Source of the DNA: Lingula anatina
Taxonomy: Eukaryota > Animalia > Brachiopoda
Direction of reading: 5' to 3'
Length of the DNA stretch: 64,000 bases
Assembly (NCBI GenBank): GCA_051362555.1
Contig: CM120646.1
Span: 20,336,001-20,400,000, forward strand
Made by a program: the position numbers and the translations under genes. Of the stretch, positions 1-14,377 are shown one piece after another. Numbering within the stretch: position 1 is the first letter of the stretch; each line of letters begins with the position of its first letter. Under the pieces are notes generated by a model. That model saw nothing but the letters and a program-made list of their open reading frames with translations. It had not been told where the DNA came from and made no database searches.

Positions 1-91
1 AATTCGAATTCACTCAAACAACCATGAAACTTGCCAATGTACTAAAAAAAATAATCCCGTCGCACAGAAAATGGACAGAAAACAATCTTAA

Positions 92-402
92 AAGGATAAC
101 AACTGTTCATTTTGCCCATAAAATGAATTTCCTGGGGTAACGACAGTTTTCGCATACTTACCAGTGGTTAATGAATCCATTTCTACATTCAAAGTTAGTC
201 CCTGTTTTTTGTCTAAAAAGTTTTTTTTGTTAAAATCTCTTAAGAGAGTATGGAGGTCACGTTGTCTGATGACAAGCACATATTTCAAAATAATTACTAT
301 AACTGCTGTTTTTGTGGTAAAATATATATTTTATATTTCTATGAGTTGTTTACAATGTATTCATTGTGAAATATAGATCTCATACGAAGAGTTGTTATCC
401 CT
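92..402. mobile_element. Non-autonomous DNA transposon (MITE) with TTAA flanks, Kolobok-like; copy 1
   Basis: TTAA-AAGGATAACAACT ... AGTTGTTATCCCT-TTAA terminal inverted repeats. Internal sequence is clearly similar to 61585-61899, including TATAGATCTCATACGAAGAGTTGTTATCCCTTTAA. Confidence 0.75.
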
Positions 403-921
403 TTAAGTAAATGTCCACTGCAACCCTATGTTATATTCACAAAACTTTGTAATATCCCGACTTCACTGGCTGTTGAAAATAAATCTACATGTGACAGTGT
501 AGGACTCTTAACATAATGTAAACACTAAAACGTGTTCTTAAAAATTTGTATTATATCTCCATTGGCACCTCAGTCCTATTCACGCCACCATTACCACTAG
601 GAGTCACACTTTATATCACGTGGCTAAAAAAAGTAACTGTAACTTCAAAGTTCACCAACATCAACATTGCACATTGACAGGTGTTAAAACTGTCAGACAC
701 CGGCACCTGCCAGAAGTCACATAGGCCTGCATGGCACTTTTTGGCTTAATTTTTTTTTACTGTGTGCCAAAATTAAAAAAGATTGAGTCATGAAACTTTC
801 AGCATTCATTTACAACATCATTTTCCCTAGAAGCCTAAATTTCATTGCAATATCTTCATAACTGTTGAACTTTGAAATTAGTAGCATTTTTTGAGACACT
901 CAATATAATTGTTTTTAAATT

Positions 922-2860
922 TTATCGTCGTTTACTCCGTGTCCGGGCGGGTGACAGAGAGGAATCTACTCTCAAAGATTTTCTGGGAGACGCGTGTCCC
1001 TGCACTGAGCCACGGGGGGAGGATTGCAAAGCCATTATCTCCTTAGTCAGTGTTTCAACCTCCATTTGCAGGCTGGCTGCTTCCTCCCTACTGGACTGAA
1101 GTTCTAGCAGAACTTCACTTTTGTCCATTTTAACGTTTTTCAGCTCGTCCTCCAGACACTGTATTTCGGCGGAATATCCCCGTGCTTGATTTTCCATTTT
1201 TACCCTCTCATATTCGGCGGCAGATTTGAAAGTTTCAAATTCCATTTGAAGTTTCTTTTTTTCACTGCGCAGTTCACGGATTTGTTCGTCGCGATCCGCT
1301 AAAAGTTCTTCAATTTTCTCCGACAATGGGAGTTTATTTCGGTTCTCGTTCGGAATCTCGAGGTTCATAATTCGGTAACAGTCGGCAACGCGCACCTCGT
1401 TTTTCTCCAGGAGATGTCGAACAGCCCGGATGTAAATTTCCAAAGCTTCCAAGTCGTCTGCGGAATCATTCACCCTGTTTCTTTGTTGTTCAGTATCCGA
1501 GTCTCCGAACCGTCCACACATTTCACGAACTTTGTTCTTCAGCTCTGGGAGTAGTGCCTCATTCTGCGTCTTAGTGACTCGGAAGAAAGACTCTTGTCGC
1601 TCTCGCAGCCTCTTTTCTTGGGCCAGTCTCTTGGTCAAGGCGTCCTCTATGCCGCTCTTGGCAAATTCGGGGATCCGTCTGTATCGGTCCTCTCGCCACA
1701 GCTTTGAGCAGAAGTCTATGACCTCCTGACGAATCTCTGGATCTACGTCCCTTACTGAAAATGATAGCAAGTTATTAATTATAATACGAGACATTGCTCC
1801 TTAGTTCAGAGAGAAAAATACAGATACTAAAGTACAATGTACTAGTAGAAAAATATCGCTGCATAGTAATAATGCATACATCAATTTCTTCTTTTTAAGA
1901 ACGTTTATATCTTAAATTACAGATTATATCAAATAAAGTAATATGAATAATAAGCCCTGACCAAAGGTCTTGTTTTGATAAACTCGGGAAACTAACCATT
2001 TTTCGAAACGCCCCCCTTCATCCGGGTAAGTTTAGCTTCGTCCAAGATGACGGCCTCCCTCATGTCCCTAACTATCCAATCATGACTGACCTCCACTGCC
2101 GCCAGGAACCGCCGGAACGCCTCTGGGCCTCGCTTTGGAAGGATGTCCAACAGGCAACGAATTTTTTCTCTCTCTGTTTGCGTCGCCTGAAAAAGACCGT
2201 ATTGGAATTATATAGGGCTGTTGATGTACATTGGAGAGTTTAAAGAAAATTGTGGCCTCAGTTTGAAAAGGAGAATATCAGAATTCTATGTAATGGCTTC
2301 ATTATTCTTGAAACTTCATTGTTCTGTCAGTTATACTAGATCGAGAGGAGGTCGATCTTACCACTGCATAAGATAAGATTCACTTAAATTGCTTTCATTC
2401 AAAAACCGTGCATTTCGACATAATTTTAAACCCTTTACTTTAAAATAAAATCTTACCCAAACTATAAAAAGTTCAAACCAAATATGTTTGGTGCACTAAA
2501 GTCAGTGTCTTGTGTCAAATTTCTAGTTACGTTTTCCAAAAAAGGTATTCAGAAACCAGAATAGTTTATACCGGGGTAAAGGGTATTAGAGGGGTGGTTC
2601 AGCGTCATATATAGTAGTTCTAGGGATATGCGTACAGTTATGGAAAAAGCGTGAGTGCCTCGCCTTGTTGTAAGCTAAATTTAATTTAATTTGATTTTAA
2701 TTGACTTAAATGTGTGATTTCTCACCTGTATCTTCTCCTTCAATCCCTCGGTGACGGTGTCATGCTGAAACAGGTGTTCCACGATGGTGCTGACATCACA
2801 CAGCTCGTCAATCAGTCTAACGCGGAACTTCTTCAATATCTCCTTGTGTAAGGTGTCCAT
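922..2860 (-). CDS. CARD (RAIDD/CRADD-like) + unnamed middle domain + coiled-coil protein, paralog A; 3 coding exons 2726-2860, 1997-2186, 922-1754; about 385 aa
   Basis: Exon 1 is MDTLHKEILKKFRVRLIDELCDVSTIVEHLFQHDTVTEGLKEKIQ followed by GTGAG. Exon 2 follows TTTTTCAG and reads ATQTEREKIRCLLDILPKRGPEAFRRFLAAVEVSHDW..., ending at GTTAGT (phase 1). Exon 3 follows TTTTCAG and joins the 922..1794 ORF in frame. LLDILPxRGPxAF is the RAIDD/caspase-2 CARD signature. The C-terminal half is E/K/L heptad-rich. Confidence 0.88.
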
Positions 2861-3372
2861 CTTTCAGGGTACATTAAAGTGGACTTGATAATTGTGAAAA
2901 GCTTTGTATCATCTGAAAGGTATTAGCCAGCCCCTAGATCCCCTCACTTCATACAGTGTATTAGACTGCGTTCTGGCACTGGTTTACAGTATGAGGCGTA
3001 TACAATACTTAAGTTGATCGAGGCAAAAACAAGGTTAAAATACATATCTTTCGAAGAAAGAAAAGAGAAGTTCCGCGCTCATCTCAATTCTTCAAAATTT
3101 TACTCAGTATTAATTCCTGCAGACCTGAAAGTCCAACCCCTGCCTACCACCTGGCGTTGACAAGTGCGCCTCACACACTAATCAGAAAAGACGGGTGATA
3201 AATGTGGCTGCACTATCAGCATTAGGTGACAAGAGTCAAGGAAACATCAACCACACGTCAAAATAATGTCAACCGGTATTGATACGGGCTTGCGATTAAT
3301 GGTAATTAAACGTTTGGGGGTTTCACGGCGATAAAACTGGAAAATTAAATGACGTAGGAGCTATGTTTAGAC

Positions 3373-5023
<1,651 letters not shown>

Positions 5024-5511
5024 AGCGTTCACTAGCGACGCCGAGTTTACTTTTCGCGCCTGAAGAAGACATTCCAGTGTTTTCATGTTCGTCCCGAGTT
5101 CTGCAGTTTTAGAAGCGGGGTTGTAATTTGAAGACATTGAAGGTTTTTAAAAATATAAACCTACAGTTTGGAAATAGGTAGTGAAAACAAGGAACAATCG
5201 TCAATACAAAGAGACTTTGGCGCTGTGTCAGCTTTACGGCGGATTTTTATTAAGATCAGCGTTTTAAATAATTAAGAATATGCGTCGTATAAAATTCAAT
5301 CTGCAGAATACGTCGACACCTGTATCTATCCTGCTTGAACTGTTCAGATAGAAACGGAGTTAGCAGAGGAATTATTTTATCTGCAATGTGACTAAAAACC
5401 CAAGGTTCTTTTTTCTATGCAAAACATTTATGTTGGCTGATCAAAAGGAATAAGGAATTTCACATTCGTTCTCACATATGCGGATAGCTCTATTTTTGCT
5501 GGAGAAAAGCC

Positions 5512-5765
5512 ATGGATGACAAAGAGAAAAAGGTCCTGATTCGACTCCGCACAGAGCTGGCCAGCGGCATCATTGTCACTGACGAGTTTCTAGACCGACT
5601 CGTACAAGACGGTGTCTTAACACAGGGAATGGTGGAGGAGAGAGTCAAGGTACAGTTTATATACTGTATATTAATATGTTAAAGAAACAGTGTTTTATAC
5701 GGTGTCCATTTTAATGTCGAAAGCTTTTCATTGTCCACATTCAAACAAAAATACGTAACAGAAAC

Positions 5766-5801
<36 letters not shown>

Positions 5802-6261
5802 TTTTTAAAATTAATTTTAATTATCATGTTACTAGTTAATGTGATTTTGAAATATCCACCCTGCAAACAAGACAAAATAGTCACTTCAAATGTGTTATTA
5901 TAGCTCCTCTCGTCTCAAAGTATATTAGAATGAGTTACACCGTATTTTTCCCATTACACCTTCTATTTGATTATTTCCGTATTTTAGGAGTCCGTGAGCG
6001 ACCGCGAGAAGATGACCACTGTCCTAGACATGCTGCCCAGACGGGGACCCTCAGCGTTCCAGGACTTGGTCAGGGTGTTAGAGGAGGACTACAGCTGGCT
6101 GGCCAAGAGGATGAAGGAGGTCCTGAAGGAGGAGGAGAATAACGCCAAACTTGGACGAGGACACGGAGGTAATGAGACTACATAATGATGATGATGGTGC
6201 TGGGATCTGCCTCGCTTTGTCTATGCAAAATCTGATATTCCTTCTTTCTTTCTTTTATTGT

Positions 6262-6312
<51 letters not shown>

Positions 6313-7512
6313 TTATATGTTGCATTATTTATTCATCTATTTATCTATCACATTGATGGCTAGTTTTCTCTTAGTTTCAATTTTGTGTTTGCTCTGTTGT
6401 AAGACTGCACAAAAGATATAGGGTATACATGCTGAAGTTGTAGCTGTAAATCATTAACTTGTTGAAATGCTCTTTTGTCCCTGTCTAAACAAATATTGGA
6501 ATAAAGTTATGAACATATTTCTAATATCAGGGATTAAGCAACCGGATCATTTTAATGTGAACAACTTACTTCGTTTTTTCTTTAAGTTGCCCGAGTACAT
6601 GTAGATCATGATATCCGTGATGACGTCAACAACTTCATCCACAAGCAACTCGGAGAGAACAAAAAAGTCCCCCTGTCGAATAAGAAAAGTATCGAAAACG
6701 CTCTGGCAGCCAAAATCCACCGCGAGCGCACGTACTGGAGGGACCAGCTGGGGGACTACGAGACCTCCTTGGAGCGCCACCAGTTCAAGGTGCCAAACAT
6801 TAACCTGAAACTGAAACGTCTTTGTGCCAACTTCATGCGGGCGGACAGCGCTGGGAAGGCAAAGAATCTCTCGGAAATGGACGATTTGGAAGAGCTGGAG
6901 TATCACGTGGAGAAACTGGGATTTGAATTAGAGTGGTATCAAGAGACGCATAGAGACTGCTATATCACTCTCAACGAGGTCCCCTCGTGTGGCAAACCTA
7001 TAGTTGAGGTGATCAGAGAGGCCATACAGATGCAAGAGAAGCGTCTTGCCGAGAATGTGAAACGGCACGAATTGCGCGAAGAACAATTTGCCATGAAAAT
7101 AAAAGACCAATCAACTCAGATAAATGAGCTGAGGGATCAGAACTTTGCTCTCAGACGACGTCTTGACGAGGCCATTACGGAGAAAAACAATACTGAGAGT
7201 CAGCTAGAAGACATCGTAGAGGAACAACGTGAGAAAGACTTGAAGCACGAAAAGGAGCTGGAGGAGTTACAACAGCAGCTCAGCGAGCTGTTAGAGAAGA
7301 ACGCGCCCCAGAAACCACAGCGTTCACGCAATCCTTCTATCGGCTCTAATCACGGCATCGGGATAAATGTACGAGGGCTCGCGGGTCGCACAGGGAATGC
7401 CCCGGCGTCTCGCACTCACAGTAACAGAAAGTGGCTCCCGAATAACCATGGTGACAAAAATCTTTATGCAAATCTCAGAAAGTCACTTGACAGAATTAAT
7501 CGACAGCAATGA
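5512..7512 (+). CDS. CARD (RAIDD/CRADD-like) + unnamed middle domain + coiled-coil protein, paralog B; 3 coding exons 5512-5649, 5988-6168, 6587-7512; about 414 aa
   Basis: GCCATGG start. Exon 1 is MDDKEKKVLIRLRTELASGIIVTDEFLDRLVQDGVLTQGMVEERVK then GTACAG. Exon 2 follows TTTTAG and reads ESVSDREKMTTVLDMLPRRGPSAFQDLVRVLEEDYSWLAKRM..., ending at GTAATG (phase 1). Exon 3 follows a pyrimidine tract plus TAAG and runs in frame into the 6769..7512 ORF. Intron phases (0,1) match paralog A. Confidence 0.88.
6260..6315. repeat. (TTTA)n microsatellite
   Basis: Directly visible. Similar tracts occur at about 22759-22820, 58150-58207 and 63737-63776. Confidence 0.95.
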
Positions 7513-8620
7513 CTGTAAGATTTTTAAAATCTCTTATTACATATGTATGTCCAAGTGCATAGCCTACCAGTCTGGTTGCGTTTCCTACAGATATCCAGAT
7601 AACGTGTATATAAACGGTGCAGTTTGTCTATTGATATACACAAGCTGATATGTTATCTGTCCACTTAACTGAGAGCAACAATATAACAGTTAATCGTAAT
7701 TTTGATATTGAGAAAATAATTTACTTTGGTCAAGGATTAGCCTGCTAGTGCGGTCATGACAGTCTTAAACAACTGTCATTTCTAACTTAAGCCTGAAACG
7801 CGCCAGGTGCCGCATTTAAGCGAATCACTTCTGATTTAACACTTGAGAAAAAAAAATTAGTGTCGATCTTGTAGAAAGAAGTCCGGTGATAACATTTCTC
7901 CATCTAACATTACATTGTAGGTGTACATTGCTATCATGTACATTTATTTTTTTTTCTCTTTTTTCAAGTATTCTCAGGGAAGAATGTACATTGATAATCT
8001 TGACGAGGAACCGAGTTTGGTAGAATAATTGACGAGCACATCATGTTTGTTATGGGCATAGTATACACTTCATGTAAGTTATACGTTTGTAACGACGGGC
8101 ATTCGTTGTACATTGTTAGATCACACAAAATAAATGACTGTGAAACCGTTAAATCGTTAGTCACTCATTTTTTCTTTGCTCTGCTGCTAATCAGTTTGCT
8201 GAAATGAAATTCCCCCAAGACTGTATCTTTTTTTTCTGTTTCTCATACTTTTTTCAAATTATATAAGGAAGGAATAAAAAATTCGTTAGAGCAATAAAGT
8301 ATACGTAGGGTGTGGTAAGGAGTGTGATAGATGTGACTCAGTGCATGGAATGCAGTTGTTGAGACAAGAATAGTCACTGCATTTAGACATGGCCATGAAA
8401 GTTGGCCTTGCAAAATGTTCATTTTAATGAGAGAACTCTGATTTATAGATCAAGTAACATCATTTTGATTCGTCCATTGTTTTAAGAAGGTCTCGAAAGA
8501 GCGTTACTTTAAGTCATGACCCCATTTGTACCAGGTTGCAGTCTGATCTCTTTGTTGTAAGGCCGTCTTATATAACGTCGCGTCGATTGAAGCTCCTTTA
8601 AGTTGGTCGTAATTATGACA

Positions 8621-8690
<70 letters not shown>
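8621..8690. repeat. Compound microsatellite (GT)n(GA)n
   Basis: Directly visible. Confidence 0.95.
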
Positions 8691-8973
8691 AGGAACGAGG
8701 AATGTTTGTTGAGGAATAATCACTTGTCTTACTTCCAGGAAGTTTGGTAAAAATAAAATACAAATTTAATTAACATTATGCCACATTATAGCATGAAGAG
8801 TGTTTAATCTCACCATCATTTTTCGTTAATAATTCATATAAATCAACAACCAAAAATTATGTCAAGGAACATAATGCACTTGAACACGTAATTAACGGAA
8901 CAGAACACTAGAGAGACTTAATTTTGTTGTCGTTGCGTTGTAAAACCCCACCCATCCCTTTTTTCTCACAGGA

Positions 8974-11900
8974 CTAACTGGCTTCATAGATTTCATTCTC
9001 CACCATGTGGATTTCTCCATCATGCGCAGTGTCCACATAACGGTCATCTTGCGCAGGAATATTAATGTTGTCTGTCACGGCATAAGCATGAGTCATGTGT
9101 TTATCTATAGGTACTGGGGCATCACTGGATCCATGTGTACCGTCTGATACGTCTGCTGGCTCGGCATACACCGGTTCTGTGTAGTATGTTGAAACCTCTG
9201 AGTAATGACCTTCACCTTGATCAGAGACCAGTACCGGACCGTTGCATGCTTGCGGAGTGGACTGAGACGAACAGTTCTGTTTTCCGTCTTGTCGAACTGA
9301 AAGTCCAGGGGGTTGTGGGCGTGTTAAATGCTCCAGTTCACCGTATGTAAAGTTTGTCATCCTTTCCTGGGTGGCTTTCTGCCTTCTGCAATGAATGTGA
9401 TACAGCACAGGTAAGCCGACTTGTCGCCATTTTTTTTTTTTTTTTTTTTTTTGCTAAAAGTTTTCTAATGAGTATTTTTTTTAAATTATCGAGCTTAAAT
9501 CTACCAATAAGGCGACAACGGTTTTCAATACTATTGTCACATGTATGCTTCATTAAAGACATCTCTGAAATTTTAATCGGGATGTTACAATAAGAAGTAA
9601 CTGCTAAAACCAACCTGCGTCTGCAAATCAACAACACAATGATTATAATCATAACCATCAAGACAACAGCTGCAGCCACGCCCACCGCTGTTTGGAGGAC
9701 CGCCCCTGAAATCACGTGATAGCCATATGACGTCATACAGGCATTGAGATACATGTGCACATAACGTGTAAGACTCAGTATAGGCCTACTAATAATGTTC
9801 CTCTGCTGTATAAAAAAATTTAAAAATGGATATACCCCCAGTACATGTACATAGATCTAGAGGTGTTTCAGAGATAGAACGTCTGCTAGAGTTTCTCATA
9901 AAAGTTGAGAGCTATCTTATATAGCCCACACAGCGTGGTTCTGGGAAAAACAAAACATATCTACATATTAATATGTTACTATTATTATAGAGTAGATAAA
10001 TACAGTCCCTGAGTTACCACTTACCCGAGGGAGGTAAAGACTCTCCGGTCAAATTATTTTCTAAAAAAGAGAGATATCAAATGTGTGCGTCACTGATAAG
10101 ATTATGTAATAGATTATGCTCACTTACTTATAAATTGAATACGCTAGTGTCTCAATTTCTCAACTATAATAACCTTTAACAATATAACTGACGGATTTTG
10201 CGGAATTTTCTTAGGGAGAGGAGGTAAGCGAAAAACTGTTACTCGCGTCGCTGGGAAAATATAAATTAGCCGAGGAAAATATAACCATAATATGAAAGAT
10301 AAAGAGACGAAAAATAAAGTGGTTTAGACGCGTGTATTGTTCATTATATTATAGTGGAAGAGGGTACAAAGGTACCACCGAAACCTAGGGGTGCGAGAGG
10401 GTCGGGGGGGGGGGTCGGGCAGAGGGGTGACACGTGTCCACTGTACCATTCCTGGGATTAGCCATTGGGAATCACCGTGAAACTGCAGACGATTCCGCGT
10501 TTCTTACCTGTACATGAGGTATTGTCCTCCCTCAGAGTAAACCCTGGCTGGCACGAACAGTGGTATCCACCCTCCGTGTTATTACATAACTGACTACAGT
10601 TTGCCGCACCAAGTGTGCACTCGTCTACATCTGTAAATATAGGAATAAAGGTTAACACTATTTTAATAGTTATTTAAAAATACACAGGCTACAATGTAGT
10701 CACTGAATTAATTCGAACAACCTGCTGGTTGAAATTTCTCTTTGCTCGTATTATCAGCATTATATGACATAAAAGTTTCGAAAGGTCTATGTCAAATATA
10801 TATTTTCGTAAGTAACAGAAAATGACAAACTTTAAAAGGAATATTGTGATAAATGAGATGTTTTAAATCTATGAGAACTCACCTTACACAGCTGATATGA
10901 CTACAGTTGACTACCAAACTGAAGAGTGCTTAATTGAAATAACCCACTTCACATGTAAAGTTGACATTTTGTTTTTGGCTTTAAAGTGTTTTGTGTTAAA
11001 TAGCACCACTAGAAATGTAATCAAGTTGACAAACCTATAGCTACGCAGTCACCAGTAAAAAGGGAGTTCGTACAAACGGTGTATACGACGTTGTTATTCC
11101 GAAAAAGGCGAAACAAGTGGTCTTCTTTATGTCAAACGCAACATTCCAGAAGTCAGCTAAAATGTCAGCCGAAGCTGATTTTCCCACAAAATAGGGCCAA
11201 GGATTACACTTACCCACACATTTGGACTGCGTCCCGTCTACAGTGTACCCGCTTGGACACGTTAAACAGGAATATCTCCCGGCAGTATTGAGGCATAACT
11301 GACTCGGGGGACAGTAGTCTTCCCTGTTGGCGCACTCGTCACGGTCTGGACAAAAAAAAAAAAAAAAAACACCAGCATTATAAATATCACCAATTTAGAA
11401 CTATCAAATATCATGTTACTAGCTTACTTGTGGCCTATCACAAAGCTAGAGAGCAGAGCTGCTTATTAGACAAACACCAAACAGAGAAAACTGTTACATG
11501 TACAAAATATCAACAACTGAAAAAAATTCAACCATGCTGATTTTCGAAAGGCGTTTATATTTTGATCACTCAGTGAATTTAAAGAAAAACATAAATACGG
11601 TATGGCACTTATAGGGTGTCAACAGACGTGTCTAACAACAACAGCTTGGGCAACGGCGACGACCAGGACTGACAGAAATAGCGACCAGAACATATTCATT
11701 TTCAGAATGTTACAGGGCATGATAAAAACTTCAAAACAGTAATAAAAAGTTCATAAAACACCGCAATATGCTCCAGTTTTTTTCTCAAAGTAACTCACTT
11801 CATCTGCCGTAGAATTAACAGTAGTCACAGAACTTGGACTCCTACTCACCACAACACGTGCTGTGCTGTCCACAGTAGCTGTACCCTGTGTCACACTGAC

Positions 11901-14377
11901 ATCCCCACACCGTCCCACTGGCAGGGTAGGAGTAGCACGTGTGGGAGCAGTTCACACGTGTGGCGCCATCAAGCAGGCAAAAATCATCTAGAATGCAAAC
12001 AATTTTTATGGAATATTTTCTACTTTTATTTAGTTATTTATTTATTTTGTTTGATTATATGACCTCTTTATTGATGCAGATTAAACCGTGTCAAATCAAT
12101 CGATTTTTTGTGGTAAATGAAATTATGAACAGTAAGTAGATAATGTCAAAGAATGGAAATAAATGTAAACTCTTTTGCTTTATTTGAGGGCAGCGTTGAC
12201 TAAAATTGTCCATTTGGAAGTTAATACTAAGTTTTAACTTGGTGCAGCTGGACACAATTATTCAGCAATACATGTATATGCTTTACCAGTACATTCAGCA
12301 TAGAAATAAAAACAGTCTAGATGTTTACCCTGGCACCAGCCTGCACGTCTGTAGTGGGCCATATCCCTGGCTCCGTCCAGTTTATAGCCGCTGTCCATCT
12401 CTACCTCCTTACACGTCCTGGTCATTGTGGTCAGCAGGAAGAAACATTGGCTGTAATAGAAGTCCCAGTTGACTGCCCAACAAAGGTTATTAGCCGCACA
12501 GCCCTGTTGACAGGTCTCCAGGGACTTGTAACCCTGGGGAAGTCCGTTAAAGACGAGGCTGGCTATGTAGACTTGGGAGAAGCCGAATAATGCTGAGGGG
12601 GTAATAAGACACGTAAGAGTAAAAGAATTGTGAAGGATTTTGAAAATTGACATTTATTTATATATTTGAATGAACTAAGGAATGTATGGCCATGTACGAA
12701 GAGTTGTTAGCCTTTTAAGTTTAGCAACTTTTGACCCAAAACGCTATGCACAGCATCTTTATCTAGGTTTCTTATTTATCTTGAGTCAGAGAACAGGCAG
12801 ACTGAACTTTTTTCCGTCTTAAAGATAAGACCAAGTTTCCAATTTAGTATTTCTGTGACAACCGGTCTAGCTTACCTTGTGACACGCAGTGAAACCCGCG
12901 CCCCCTGGTGGACACAAAGCCAGTCTGTCTATCACTGGTTATGAATGACCACCTATGCCCATAATGGTTACCCAAAATGTCTGAATCTGTCCACAGTTTG
13001 TTTGTTAGTCCACCAGCGGACCTTTCCTCCAGCACCCAGCCTCTTTTTGAGTCCCGTAATAACGTCACGGCACTATTATGTTGCCCACTCTGTCTGTACA
13101 CAGTTGTGTGTGGACTGGTACTGTAAACTGCAGTGTCTAGATAGTAGAACTTCCCAAACAGAGGCCATGGGAAATTTGATAAAGTTGTTTTTTCTCCTTT
13201 AAGGTATAGTATGCGACATGGTAGCTCTAAAAAGAAGATAAAAGCCAGTTTAGTAAGGTGCTGTAATGCAGATGGATGAACAATGTGCCCGCCTCGTGCT
13301 GTTCAATCTGACTGGATAGGGGCCTACACAGCAACCCATGCTATGACTATACAGAGGATCTGGACCGCCTTTATAACCTTTACGTGTACCTCAGTATTGA
13401 AAAGACCGACGCTTTGTACGTGAGCGGTTTGATCATCAGCTAGAATACATGTAAAATGATGATGTTTAATGTGATCTCATCTGTTATAATTTATTTGTTC
13501 TGCAGAACGCGTGATTTACTGGGTAGATAACATTCATCCCCTCTACGCATGAAAGGATCACTTCAGTGAAATAAATTCCTGAAGGAAGTGCAGAACACTG
13601 AACAGGTACAAGTACATGTATATGAACTGCACCAATACTTGCTTTAATATGCGGTATGCGTACGCACGTGCAGGCTGTCGATCTTAGGGATACCGCATCT
13701 AACCAATAGGCCCTTGACACGAATAAATCTAAAGTAGGGCCTCTAAGTTTTCCTTTGATGATAGTGCACCTGATGGTGTTGTCAGCTTTATAATAGGACT
13801 TAAACATCGCCATGTGTGTGTTTTTTTCCCTTTGAGAATGGACATTAATAATTGAGGTATGTACTAATATTAATGGCAGGTCTTGGATTTTCCTGAGGGG
13901 GGGGGGGGGGGGTGGGGGGTGGCACAAGATAAAAAAATCCTACATGCGTATGTACCAGTAGTAAACGAGGGAATAAAAAGTATAACATACTGGAAGGAAT
14001 GAAAAGATGCTGGGTTCTATCTCGTTATGCTGGTAAAAGTGGCCGACTAGGGGTACCTCCAGAACTAAGGGGTAACACGTGCCCGCTGTGGCCTCCCCGG
14101 GATTCTACACTGCAGCACCGTCCAGTGTGAGCGTATGAAACCAACGATATGAAAGTAAAAGTGCACTTCCGGTGTGGGCTTACAACTAGGTTGTATTACC
14201 AGACACATATACTGATATGAAACCCTACACTCTGCGTGCCATTTATATTCACACCGTGTGTATCATTATACATAGGCACTTACCTTCATTTGCCGAGGTC
14301 ACAGACAGTGTCACCAGTAAAACACACCGGGTGACACTGAGATACATGTATAGGCCCAGTCTCAATGTATCTGCCAT
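8974..14377 (-). CDS. Type-I membrane protein: signal peptide, unassigned domain, PAN/apple domain, 3 EGF (2 calcium-binding), TM, Tyr-motif cytoplasmic tail; exons 14284-14377, 12876-13136, 12329-12592, 11850-11987, 11214-11345, 10508-10630, 10025-10060, 9615-9705, 8974-9385; about 516 aa
   Basis: All exons are bounded by AG/GT with phase-1 introns (last intron phase 2) and join into one frame. Signal-like start MADTLRLGLYMYLSVTRCVLLVTLSVTSA. PAN pattern SLETCQQGCAANNLCWAVNWDFYYSQCFF. cbEGF starts DRDECANR and DVDECTLG. TM AVGVAAAVVLMVMIIIIVLLI followed by CRRRRQK. Confidence 0.82.

Noticed and set aside
154-163. ATACTTACC, identical to the 5' end of U1 snRNA
   Set aside because: No U1 body follows; it is the reverse complement of a donor-like motif inside a MITE.
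1755-1794. ATG at 1794 as the start of a single-exon 290-aa protein
   Set aside because: MSRIIINNLLSFS is intronic acceptor sequence; a phase-consistent splice links the ORF to the upstream CARD exons.
13991-14110. Exon-like GC-rich segment in intron 1 of the PAN-EGF receptor
   Set aside because: Its phase is incompatible with the flanking phase-1 exons, and part of it resembles a dispersed repeat fragment also seen at about 10381-10460.
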